Source of the DNA: Leucoraja erinacea
Taxonomy: Eukaryota
Assembly: GCF_028641065.1 (NCBI RefSeq)
Contig: NC_073389.1
Span: forward strand, 12,338,001 to 12,402,000
Length of the DNA stretch: 64,000 nucleotides
Direction of reading: 5' to 3'
In this document: positions 52,015 to 63,482 of the stretch, piece by piece
Position numbering within the stretch: the stretch's first letter is position 1
Layout of the letters: every line of letters starts with the position of its first letter
The notes under the pieces: generated by a model
Database searches by the model: none
What the model was told of the DNA's origin: nothing
What the model saw: the letters and a program-made list of their open reading frames with translations, nothing else
Made by a program: the position numbers and the translations under genes

Positions 52015-52180
52015 GTGGTGTTTTCTCCCCTTCCTTACCGTCACAGCTCCATCACTAAAATGTCTGCCAGTATTTTTCTCTCTCTCTGGTTTCCAAATGA
52101 TGCACAGCAGCAACGAACCACGACAGAACTAAAAATTATTCCTACCTGCAAACAAGTAAATGCCAGGGAGGATATCTTAC

Positions 52181-52360
52181 CTGTTAAATGGTAATGTTCC
52201 TCACTCTCCGGATCGGTAAGAGTGATCAGCTCCTTCAGAAGAAGGGGATACTTCAGGACGCGCTGAATAGGTTTGATCAGATAGGACTCCAAAGTTGATG
52301 AATGCTGCTGTTTCGGATTTTGGGCATCCAGGAAGGCCTTAAAAGCTGGATTTATCTTGG
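52181..52360 (-). CDS. TIAM1: TIAM1 coding exon (DH; [60 protein letters not shown])
   Basis: 180 nt, ttaag|CC...ACAG|gtaag, phase 1-1. Contains the DH CR3 motif [15 protein letters not shown]. Confidence 0.96.
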
Positions 52361-52489
52361 CTTAACACAAATGAAATAATAAGTAAGATGTAAAAATAAT
52401 ATACTACATTTAAAAGTCCCAAGAAAACGTCATAAAAGGTGCAACCATTATCTTTAGCTTCCTACCAATGAGCCATTGAGCTTGGAAAT

Positions 52490-53950
52490 CCATGGGACTA
52501 TATTTTGCCAAAAGCCTTACTAAAATACTTATAGACTACATCAAATGCACGGCCCTCATTGCCTCTTCTTGTTGCCTCCTCAAAAAATTCAATAAAGTTA
52601 ATCAGATACAATCTTCTGTTAAAGATGATTGGTTTATCCATTCCTCTGCCATTAAACAACAGTATTATGTCAGCAATCATCTAACTTTTCAGCACCATTC
52701 CGGAAGCCTGAGACAATTAAAAGAATGGAGTGCGATTCTCCACAATTTCCTCCTTCTTAATCTATTACAATAGATCTCTGAATACTTGCTCTTTTATTGT
52801 GTGGATATATTTCAATATTATGCTCATGCTAATATATACACAGGATTTTCTTTGATTTTTTCAGCCAATATATTTTCACCACATCCTCCCCCCCCAACCA
52901 TTTACGTATTTACGTATACACGTCCTATCCACTTCTTGACCTTTTCTTGAACTGAGCTCAGTGTCTTTTTTTTGCCTGATCGTAGGTTAATTTGTGTACC
53001 TCGCCATCAAAGGATTTCTAGATTTTACAGTGTCTCGCTTTGTAGTTTGCAAGAAAGTTTACACCGAACACTCAAATGTTCTTAAATCCCTCATTTTAAT
53101 TCATTGACTTTAAATATCTGAATCTAGCTCACTTTTGCTGGATCGCTATTCAGTCCAGTAAAATTTCCTATTTTAATTTTGTCCTTCTCCATAACTGTGG
53201 TACATCCCACCATATTATGATCTCTATAAAAGTCAACCCACTGGTATGCCTTTCACCTGCCTAGTTAGTTTAATTCCCTTAAATTAAATTTAGAATTGCC
53301 CACCTTATGTGGACTTGCTACCATCTAGCTGTAAATGTCCTTCTGAAAGCATATTAGGAATTCTGTATCATCATTGGTCTTTTGCACTGACTTTTTTTCC
53401 ACTCAATATTAGAGTAATTGAAATCCCTCACTGTTACTCTTTTAATGCTTTTGGAGCAGTCGGAAATGCGGCTACAAATTTGCTCTTCTAAAATTCCCTC
53501 CCAACAACGCCCCCTTTTAATTTCTTCAGCTCAACCCATATAGTTCCTGTTTAGCAATTCCGCTAACGTACCAATCCTTCTTACAGTTGTGATTGCCTCA
53601 TCAACCAATATTGTCACTTTTTTTAAAAATCACTATCTCACCTCATCTGAAACTACTGTGTTCAGGAATTTAAAAAAATCTGCCTCACTCCTCTCTGAGC
53701 ACTGCTTTTGCAACAGCTCTTATACACTCCCTTGTTGCTCTCAAAGTCCTCCACTCATTTGTTTGATTTACATTTCTTTTTACATTTAATATATTTCATC
53801 AAGCGGTTACAGACTGCTCATATGTCTATTCTCTTACTTTTCAAACTGGCTTACTAATTTTCTGATTTCATTTCCAGTTCTGCTTATCTACCTCCTGAAT
53901 CTTTACTCAGCTTCCCATGATCCTATCAAGCTAATTTAACCTCATCCTGT
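52490..53950 (-). mobile_element. Very old CR1 remnants
   Basis: LINFIEFFEEAT...FDVVYKYFSKAFGKI and degenerate EN motifs. Confidence 0.6.
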
Positions 53951-54409
53951 AATTAACTGCATGCCATTTGATTGCACAAACAAACATACCCATGAGAATA
54001 CTGGTCCTTGCATGTGGAGGTGCAACCCTCAGGGGCTGAACAGGACCCACCTCTGCCATTAGTGGTGGTGCCCCCTTGCACCACCTTTCCAGCATCCTCA
54101 GCAACATTCAAGACCTGCTCAGTTGCTTCTTTCAAATTCTGCTTATCTGAATTAACTAGCCTTAAAACTGTTGATAAGGCTGCAACTTGCTCAAGAAAGA
54201 CTCCGGTGGCACCAACTCGTTAATTGACAGTTGCATAAGTTTCTGTTTGTACTGCTTAAGTTAGTATGGGCAGCTCACTCCTGACAATAAATTCTGTTGC
54301 AATTTTTCTGCATCACATTTCTCTTGAGTGTAAGATACATAAGGTTTTCAGATAAAGTACAACGTAGGTATAGAAACTAAACCTTGTAGAAAAAATAAAG
54401 TGTGATTAC

Positions 54410-54518
54410 CTTTAACAAGGACCTTGGGAACTTTTGTATGACTTGCACAGAAAGCACTGTATAACTTGAAGCGGTCAGCATAATACAGGAATGAACCACC
54501 TAATGAGAAAAGTACTTT
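54410..54518 (-). CDS. TIAM1: TIAM1 coding exon (DH; [36 protein letters not shown])
   Basis: 109 nt, tttgcag|AAA...AAAG|gtaat, phase 0-1. Not in the ORF track; translated by hand and matches the TIAM1 DH sequence. Confidence 0.96.
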
Positions 54519-54689
54519 CTGCAAAAAGGAGAAATAAATAATTCATTGGTAGAGTGAACATTTAAAGAATGAGTTCATAAATATATGGTAAGGAAATACT
54601 GTAAATGTAGTCCAACCTTGGCTGACAATACGTGTTAAAGACAGCAGTAGATCAAAGATAAAGGTTTATAAAGCTGACAAAGAACATGA

Positions 54690-56820
54690 TTGGGAACATT
54701 TTAGAATTCAGTAGAGGCCAAAGATAAGGGAAGGGGACAAGAACAATCAAGTGTAAAATGTAAGAAGAGGGTAAAGTCTTCCTGAGAAACAAAAAGCTAT
54801 TTTGGGAAATAAGGAAGAGGCAGAATATGAAGCAAAGATTCTATCAATCTTCACAGACTCAAAACAATTTCATAGAAATAGTGGCGTACAACAGATCTAC
54901 GGTGAATGTGGAGAAGAAAAAGAATGTTAGAGGACAATTAATGGTAATGAATGCTTGGACTTGATCATCTGAATCCATGATATTAAACAAAATAAAATCA
55001 TGGATTTGGGCAGAATCGCGAATTTCTGAAAGGGGAAATCATGCTTTACAATTTTGTCAAGAGTTCTTTCAGGATGCAATGGGCAGAGGAGAAAACTACT
55101 AATGCGGTGTCTTTGGATATTGATTTGGCTTTCAGTGAGTCACACATGCGAGGGTGTTAAACAAAATTAAAGTACATGGGATTGTGCTGCTAAACATGCT
55201 GGTTTGAAGATTGGTTAATAGACAGAAAGAGTAGGGATAATTGGAAATATAGACACAAAATGCTGGAGTAACTCAGTGGGTCAGACAGCAACTTGGGAGA
55301 AAAGGAATAGGTGACGTTTCGGGTTGAGACCCCTCTTGAGCAGGGCTTTTTCAGAATGAATGTTGAAACCAGTGGGTGCTTCAGCGAATGGAGCTGGGAA
55401 TCCAGTCATTTATAAACGATATTAATGATTTGAATGAAGACAACATTTGTGATATATCCAAGTTTGTAGATGATACTTGGTGGGTGATAGTAAGAATTAT
55501 GAGGAGGAAATATGGACTAGCTATGTAAATAGATGAAACCAGGGGTGAAATTGTGAAGTCACCCCCTGTGGTAAAAAAACGTTTTTTTGAATATTGAAGG
55601 ATTAAAAAGTTTAGGTGTTCCAAAGGACTTTGTTGTTCTTGTATACTAATCACCAACAATTAATATGCAGCCAAATGGGGTAGCCTTTAGTGCAAAAGTA
55701 ATTGAATATAACAGAGTAAAGACTACAATTGCATAAGTGCCTGGTGAAACAACAAATGGAACATTGTGTATGATTCGACCCTACGAAGTAAAGATATACA
55801 GCACTTGCAATGAAAATGTTCTGGATTGATTTTTGGGATGGGGATGGGTTGGGAGAGGGATATTTCAAGGTTTCAAGGTTAGTTTATTGTCACATGTACC
55901 AATTAAGGTACTGTGAAATTCGAATTACCATACAGCCATACTAAAGAAAACGCACAAGGCACACAACTACATAAAAGTCCACCACAGCGGATTCCCCACA
56001 TTCCTCACTATGAAGGAAGATAATAAAGTCCAATCCTCTTTTATTGATATTGATGGGTGCACTGTCCTATGAGAGAGATTAATACAGATCCATGCTCTAG
56101 AGTTTAGAAGAAGAAATCATCTTAATAAAATATTTTCAAATTCTTAGATTTTATTTTAAGATGCTTGATTGGAGTAACTAGAACCAGAGGCCACAGTCTC
56201 AAGCTCAATGTTGATATTCAGGATTGAAATGAGAAAATATGTCTTCACCTTCTCAGTGAACCTTTAAAATTCTCTATCTAGGAATAAAGGAATCAAATTC
56301 AAATTCTAATGGGCCTGTCCCACTTAGGTGATTTTTTTAGGCAACTACAGGCGACTACTTTGTTGCCACATGTTCGCTGGTGGTCGCCGGTAGTAGTCTC
56401 CTCAGTTGCGCAAAAAGTTGTAACATCTTTTTGGTCGCCGCTAAATTTTCAACATGCCGAAATTTTTTTGCCGACAGTGGGTTTGGTTTGATGCCAATGA
56501 GCGTAGCTTGACTTCTCCTGACACGGTGCTGTTGTAGGTTGTCGCCAGGATGACATAGGTTGTTGCTGGTTTTTTTGGCGACCTGCCACGATAGTCGCTG
56601 GCAGTTGCCTAAAAAATCGCCAAGTGGGACAGGCCCATAAGGCAGTCTCAAGGCTCAGCTGTTGAATATATTCAAAAAAAATAACTAGATTTTTGATATT
56701 AAGGGAAACAAATATGAGGTTAGTACAGGACAGTGCCACTGAAGTAAAGGTTCAACCACAATGTTATTGAATGATGGAGGAGCGGCAAAGGAATGAATGG
56801 CCTACTTCTGTTTCTGCTAT
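54690..56820 (+). mobile_element. Old CR1 copy carrying younger insertions (Penelope mini-element about 55250-55335, Rex-derived short element about 55866-56025, Harbinger MITE)
   Basis: aaggggaaatcatgctttacaa, tccaagtttgtagatgatac and the CR1 3'UTR at about 56740-56820. Confidence 0.7.
56310..56637. mobile_element. Harbinger MITE
   Basis: TIR tgggcctgtcccactt/aagtgggacaggccca; TAA TSD on both sides. Confidence 0.9.
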
Positions 56821-57114
56821 ACATACCTAGTAGCTTGATTAGTGCAGTTCCAGTTAGTGAAATGTTATAGTATGTTCAAACCTTTCCTATCACTTGTTTT
56901 AGCTCATTGCTACATCCATCGACCTCTGAAAACTTGTGCTACTTCTGCAGCATTCAGATGATTACAAATTTTACCCAGATAGATGACATCTGATCTACTT
57001 TCTTTGCCTGTGTCTTCCTTTCATAAAACTCCATTCTCCGCCACTCACCCGTCAAACATAACGTAAACTGATTTCCTCTACTTTTAACACAGAAACAAAT
57101 TCTTGCAGTCTTAA

Positions 57115-57407
57115 AGGGCTTGTCCCACGATGCGAGTTCACCTAAGAGCTCTCCCGAGTTTAAAAACAAATCAAACTCATGGTAAGTACGTAGAATGTAC
57201 GTAGCGGGTTCGTCAGAGCTCGTGGATGTCTCGTAGTGGGTCGTAATGCTAATGGCAGGTGCTCGGGAAACGCGGAAACTCGTGAATTTTTTTCAACAGC
57301 GTGAAAAATTTCCAAGAGTAAAAATATACTTGTGATGAGGTACCACGAGTGATTTGTTTTTTACCTCGGGAGAGCTCTTGGGTGAACTCGCATCGTGGGA
57401 CGGGGCT
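57115..57407. mobile_element. Harbinger MITE
   Basis: TIR agggcttgtcccacgatgcgagttcacc.aagagctctcccgag mirrored at the right end; TAA TSD. Confidence 0.88.
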
Positions 57408-57744
57408 TAAGGTCTTTATGGCCTCATTCCTGCATAACAGTGAAGCTTCCTGTAGCTTGACACCCACTCCCACATTCAAGGATTATTCTTCCATTGTCTT
57501 GTTCAAAACCTTGCATTCCCCACATTCAGCTTCCCTGCCTGATACATCTTTACTAAATCTCTATTAGGTAGGTTTTAGTGATATTCTTATCAACCATGCT
57601 TTTGGTCAACTTTCCAGCATCCTGGCCTGTGGCTTTCTATCCAAAAGTCTCTTAAATGGCACTATCATATATCAAATGTCGCTTATCGTTGTGAAACATG
57701 AATTCACAATTTGCTCCTCAATCTAAATGATATCTGTGCAAAAT

Positions 57745-57973
57745 GTGCAGGAGAGAACTGCAGATGCTGGTTTAAATCGAAGGTAGACACAAAATGCTGG
57801 AGCAACTCAGTGGGTCAGGCAGCATCTCTGGAGAGAAGGACGTTTCAGGTCGAGACTCTGAAGAGTCTGAAGAAGGGTCTGAAGAAGGGTCTCTACCCGA
57901 AACGCCACCCATTCCTTCTCTCCAGAGATGCTGCCTGATCCGCTGAGTTACTCCAGCATTTTGTGTCTACCTT
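57745..57973. mobile_element. Palindromic Penelope-derived mini-element (similar ones at about 8910-9055, 26160-26290, 30895-31095, 33275-33400, 50075-50300)
   Basis: aaggtagacacaaaatgctggag...gcagcatctctggagagaagga is mirrored after the ctgaagaagggtctctacccgaaac centre. Confidence 0.85.
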
Positions 57974-58115
57974 TGATATCTGTGCAAGTTACTCCTTTAA
58001 TTCATTATTCTTCCCCACTCCATCATCCAAAAAGTTCTAACAATCAGAATAATCACAACTTGACTGTAAATCAGTTATTTTCCTTAAAGTGAAGTAGCAT
58101 TGATAAATCTAACCT

Positions 58116-58578
58116 GACAATAGACAATAGGTGCAGGAGCAGGCCATTCTACCCTTCGAGCCAGCACTGCCATTCAATGTGATCATGGCTGATCATCCAC
58201 CCTGTTCCTGCCTTCTCCCCATATCCCCTGACTCCGCTATCTTTAAGAGCCCTATCTAGCTCTCTTGAAAATATCCAGAGAACCGGCCTCCACTGTCCTC
58301 TGAGGCAGAGAATTCCACAAACCTACAACTCTCTCTGTGAAAAAGTGTTTCCTCATCTCCCTTCTAAATGGCTTACCCCTTATTCCTAAACTGTGCCCCC
58401 TGGATCTGGACACCACCAACATCGGCAACATGTTTCCTGCCTCAACTGTGTCCTAACCCTCAACAATCGTACGTGTCAATAAGATACCCTTTCATCCTTC
58501 TAAACTCCTGAGTATACAAGCCCAGCCGCCCAATTCTCTCAGCATATGACAGTCCCGCCATCCCGGGAATTAACCTTG
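58116..58578 (-). mobile_element. CR1 3' fragment
   Basis: Same family as 1385-1860. Confidence 0.88.
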
Positions 58579-59519
58579 TACACTTATGAATATTTTGAGG
58601 GCCAATTTGGATGGAGATGGAGTTATGTCATGGATGTACTTTGCTGTATTTCAAAAAGGACTTTGAGTAGATCCTATTTAATGTGATTTGAGTAGAAGCT
58701 ATGTAACAGGTAAATAATAATTAAGATCACAGCATACTGAGACAGTGGAATAGACAGGTCATTGCTTTCAAGACAAAACATAAGGTTTGGATGAAGAGTA
58801 GCTACTTAAGATGGCAGAAAGTGGAAAGTGGGGTCTCAAATGTATCAGCACATCATATTTAAGAATTTAGACTTTGAAATCAAAAGTTTAATTTTTAACT
58901 TAGGCATGACACCAAAGTCTGAGTAGAATATAATAAGAAACAAGGAGAGAATCAAGAAATCACAAACCATTAAAAAAATGTCATAAAGGAATCTAACTAG
59001 CAATTACATTTCTACACAGAATATAGCGGGCCATAGAATTTTGCTACAAAGGTTACATTGCTTGGATAATAAGCATTCAAATTAGATACAGATCTCAGAA
59101 TATAAATATAACATTTGCCAGAAATAGTAATACAAGTTAACAAGGACATAAAAAAAACAAGGCAAGCACTTAGGTTCATTTCTTTCAGAGAAAGATGGAG
59201 AAGCATGACGTTATGCAAAACAGATTAATTTTCCATTAGACTACACTTGGAGTATTGTATGCAGATGCAGAGGTGTGGCTACAAAATAGACTTGCAAGGA
59301 TGATACCAGAAATGCATTCCGATAACTTGTTTGCCGATCATATGGGGCTTCCAATGTTGCCGCTTCTCCTCTTTCAACATCTCTTGCTCTCCAGATACCA
59401 GCAAGAGCTACCACATACTCTTTGGTTCCACAGATGCAAGGATGTACAAACTCTTAATTCTGCTGCTATATTTTACAGCTAACAGCATTAGACCCATCTT
59501 TTGATATTTTTTTGTTGTA

Positions 59520-60456
59520 CAGGTGCACAACCTTTTATCCGAAAGCCTTGGGACCAGACACTTGTCGGATTTCGGACATTTTCGGATTTCCGAATGGAAG
59601 ATTTTTAGCGTAGATTAGGTAGGTACGCGGGCGGCTTGAAAAGTCTGGAGCGGCTGCCTCCTCCCTGGAGACCGGGGAATCATTGTAAATCATTGCATAA
59701 ATGTTAGTCAGTTAGTTTGGAGGGATTTTATGTGGTGGTGGTGGGGTGTAAAGGGGGAAACTTTAATTCTTAGTCCCCTACCTGGTCAGCGACTCCCAAC
59801 ATCGCGGAGCTGGGGGCTCCGTCTGACCGCGGGCGGCGCCGGTTGGAGCTCTGACCCCGGCAACTCTACCCCTGGCTGCGAGGCGCTCCAAATCCAGCGC
59901 CGCCCGCAGCCGGACGCCCGCAGCCCCAGCTCCGCGAATGTTGGGAGTCGGCGGCCACAGCGCTCCGGAGCTTACCGCACGGCGACCCGGTATGGCATTG
60001 CCCGCTCCCCGCTGGTATCCCAGCACTGCGACGCCGCCGACTCCCAACATTCGCGGAGCTGGGGTTGCGGGCGTCCGGCCGCGGGCGGCGGCGGTGGATT
60101 TGGAGCGCCTCGCAGCCAGGGGTAGAGTTGCCGGGACGGAGCTACAACCGGCGCTGCCCGCGGCCGGACGCCCGCAGCCCCAGCTGGGAGTTGGCGGCCA
60201 CAGCGCTGCGGAGCTTACTGCACGGCGACCCGGTAAGGCATTGACCGCTCCCCGCCTCTCCGACCAGGTAGGGGACTAAGAATTAAAGTTTAACACTTTA
60301 ATTACAGTAGTACAGACCTGAGTTGACCGTGGGTCGTTTAGGGTCAAGTTTGGCGCCGAACGCGAGCTTTGGTGTGCAGACGACATCCTGGGGAAAAATG
60401 GCCGGTTTTCGGAGTTTTTCGGTTTCCAGAACTCCGGATAAAAGGATGTGCACCTG
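59520..60456. mobile_element. Non-autonomous Tc1/mariner (Tigger-like) element with internal GC-rich inverted repeats
   Basis: TIR caggtgcacaaccttttatccg/cggataaaaggatgtgcacctg; TA TSD. Confidence 0.9.
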
Positions 60457-60753
60457 TATTATCAATCCTGTTTGAAAAACTGCCATCCCTTTTCTCATGT
60501 AATCTCTAACATATCATAGACCCTCACTGCTCGTACCTACTGCTCACTTTCCCAGCCTTTGTATTTGCTTAAACCTGTTATATATCGACCTTTAGATTCA
60601 GATGAAAGGTCATTAAAGCATTGCTTCTTATGTCAAAGACATTGCCCAATATTGCCCACTCAGCAGGGCGGCTCAGTAGCACAACTACTGAGACCAGGGT
60701 TCGATCCGGACTCTACTTCCTCCATTATGGTCCGTTTAAAGTAAACCCTTGTT

Positions 60754-61102
60754 GGGCACAGTGGTAGAGTTGCTGCCTTACAGCGCTTACAGTGCCAGAG
60801 ACACAGGTTCGATCCCGACTACAGGAGCTGTCTGTACGGAGTGTGTATACTCTCCCTGTGACCGTGTGGGTTTTTCCCGAGATCTTCGATTTCCTCTCAC
60901 ACTCCCAAAGACGTCTACAGGTTCTGTAGGTTAAGCGGAGGGAGTGGTTTGTTATATTAGATGTAAATTGTCTTTAGTAATTACGGGTAGGATCTCTGGA
61001 ACACGGATGGGTGACATGTCCTCAGCAGGGATCGTTTCTGGTCGTTGCTGGGCCACTGTTTTGGGGGAAAAGGGGGAGGCGCAGTGTATCTCTAAACTAA
61101 AT
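60754..61102 (+). mobile_element. HE1/V-SINE-like SINE
   Basis: ggcacagtggtagagttgctgcc, B box GGTTCGATCC, and tatctctaaactaaa tail. Confidence 0.82.
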
Positions 61103-61504
61103 TGAAAGAGACAGGAAGTCATATGCAACTTATAGAATGGACATAGAAAATAGAGAATGCAGGAGGAGGTAGATAGGATAGACAATCGGAACCTTTTTCT
61201 CAAGGTGGAAATATCAAATACTAGAGGGCGTATCTTTTGAAGTGAGATGGGCAAGTTTTTTTTACACAGAGGGCAGTGAGTGCCTGGAATGCACTGCCAG
61301 AAACAGCAGGAGATAGATATGATAATGGGGTTTAAGACTTAATCACATGGATATGGAGGGAATGTGAAGGGTATGGATAGGTGTTGGTCATGGTGTCGTG
61401 TTCAGCACAGACATTGTGGGCCAAAGGGCCTGTTCTAGTGCTGGATTGATTATAGAAATCAGAAAATTGATTCCGATCCTACATTTTTTCTGAAACAATC
61501 TTAC

Positions 61505-61630
61505 CTTGAACTGATTAACCGTTTCCAATTTTTCAAGATCTGAAACCAGTCTTACACCATCTTCTAGCGTTTTCAAGAATTCCACTTGGAACTGAACCAT
61601 TTCTCTCAAGTTTCCAAAAAGTACATCAAG
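61505..61630 (-). CDS. TIAM1: TIAM1 coding exon (DH; LDVLFGNLREMVQFQVEFLKTLEDGVRLVSDLEKLETVNQFK)
   Basis: 126 nt, tttcag|CTT...AAG|gtaag, phase 0-0. A 93-bp intron separates it from the previous exon. Confidence 0.96.
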
Positions 61631-61723
61631 CTGAAACACGAGCAGCAAACAAACAATGTTTATAGAGAGATAAATATAAATAACGAGATATTTTAATCAG
61701 AATATTTGCTTGAAATATATTAC

Positions 61724-61792
61724 CTCATCTTGAGTAAGAAAAATTTCTTTCTGCAGTGGTTTTAAATATCTCTCCAAGAGACAATTCAGATC
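61724..61792 (-). CDS. TIAM1: TIAM1 coding exon (DH domain; DLNCLLERYLKPLQKEIFLTQDE); upstream exons lie outside the window
   Basis: 69 nt, cag|GAT...GAG|gtaat, phase 0-0. Peptide matches vertebrate TIAM1 DLNCLMERYLKPLQKETFLTQDE. Confidence 0.95.
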
Positions 61793-62145
61793 CTGTGAAC
61801 AAATCAGATGTTAAGCAGATGTACAAAAAAGCATTTCACATCCTTTCACAGTCAAAACAAAGGTTTAAGAATGGGCGTGATTTGACACATCACCAGATTT
61901 GATCTCTTTACAAATCTATCCCTTGATTCCAACAAAATGAAACCAAAATAATTGCAATTGATTTTACGAGGTTGTAACTGTAATAATTAACAGACCCGGC
62001 ATTCATAGGGAAATCAACATGTTTTTGTAATATAAGCTTCTGCAATATTTCAAATTGCTCTTTCAAAATGGTTTTATACATTCACTACAGCAGAATATAT
62101 TGGCAATTCAGCATGTGCCTGTGAAAAGAGTGACCCCGCTTATAA

Positions 62146-62702
62146 TCATAGAGTTATACAGTGTGGAAACAGGCCCTTCTGCCCCAACATGCCCATGCCG
62201 ACCACATGCCCATCCACACTAGTCCCACCTGTCTGCATTTCCCTCTAAACCTATCTTATCCATGTACCTGTCCAAATGTTTTTTTTTAATATTGAGCTAG
62301 TACCTGCCCCAACTACCTTCTCTGGTAGCTCATTACATATACTTAGCAACGTTAGTGTAAAAAAATTGCCCTGCGAGATCCTATTAAATCATTCCCCCTT
62401 CACCTTAAACCTATGTCCCTTTGTTCTTGATTCCCCTACTCTGGGTAAAAGACTATGCATTTACCCCATCTATTCCTCTCATGATCTTATACACTTCTAT
62501 AAGATGACCCCTCATCCTCTTGCACTTCAAGGAATAAAGTTCTAGCCTGTTCAACCCCTTCCGATAGCTCAGGCCCTCGAGTCCTGGCAACATCCTCGTA
62601 AATCTTCTCTGCACCATTTCCTGCTTAACAACATCTTTCCTATAACAGGGTGACCAAAACTGAACACAATACTGTAAATGTGGCACCACCAATGTCTTGT
62701 AC
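62146..62702 (-). mobile_element. CR1 3' fragment
   Basis: YKTLVVPHLQYCVQFWSPCYRKD...RGHLIEVYKIM. Confidence 0.88.
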
Positions 62703-62888
62703 ATCTATAATGTCTATTAAAGTCTTGTAATGTTTATTAAAATATTTTTTTTTTGCTTAAAGAAAAATCACAAAGTTAATACAAATATACTTGTATGATT
62801 AAAATACCTCAGATGAATTACGCACAGAACATAAAATAATTTTAATTTTATAAATTACTAAGTATCCAATAGATTACACAGTATAGTT

Positions 62889-63441
62889 CAGGGGTCGGCA
62901 ACCTACGATCCCCTGGCCGAATGCGGCCCGTAACCCGAAATCATCCTGCCCGCAGGCGTTTTTTTTCCCATAGTCATCCGGTTCACAGACTTCCTTCATC
63001 TCCAGCACCTCCTGGGCATGGTGACGCAAGGAGGCCTGCGCTGGCGGCCGCAATTGCGGAGCCGCCGAGCACCCGAGCGGGGCCGAGCTCTGGTTGTACC
63101 GCATCCTGCGCAAAGCCTCCGGCATGGCCGCGCACCTTCTGTGCCTGGGCTTCAGTGTCGGGATCAGGGTTTTCAATAGGCCGGGGACGAGTGAGTATGA
63201 GTATTGCAGCCACCTCCTTCAGGACAAAGCCAAGGCAATGGTTCGTAGGTTCACCATGTTCATGGGCGCCCTTAACTAGGGTCCAGTGCTCCGGGTGGCG
63301 TCCTCGAAGGAGCAGGATCTATGTGAACACCTGATTTGATGCCTGCCATCCGGGGCGGGATCTATCTGAACATGTGGTAGGTATGGCCCGTCATTCGCTC
63401 ACAGACATGCCTCCTATGCAGAACAAGGTTGCCGACCCCTG
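62889..63441. mobile_element. Non-autonomous hAT (Charlie-like) element with captured host sequence
   Basis: Perfect 16-bp TIR caggggtcggcaacct/aggttgccgacccctg; 8-bp TSD gtatagtt/gtatagat. Confidence 0.92.
63061..63190 (+). pseudogene. Captured first-coding-exon fragment of a CYB561D1/CYB561D2-like gene
   Basis: ELWLYRILRKASGMAAHLLCLGFSVGIRVFNRPGT followed by an A|gtgagt donor. Compare human CYB561D2 [32 protein letters not shown] and CYB561D1 ...LSRPGTS (recalled sequences). Confidence 0.78.
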
Positions 63442-63482
63442 GTATAGATACAGGACATTATGTCCACTTCATTGTTTAAGAG

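Noticed and set aside
59730-60279. Several 90-131-aa GC-rich ORFs
   Set aside because: They lie within a palindromic MITE; the scarcity of stops follows from GC content and there is no recognisable domain.
60930-61085. Scrambled SINE 3' half as a second mosaic artefact
   Set aside because: No convincing constant-offset match to the flank was found by eye.
63225-63320. Nudix-like motif HWTLVKGAHEHGE on the minus strand
   Set aside because: The downstream RE..EE.G of the Nudix box is missing, so the resemblance is too weak to call.
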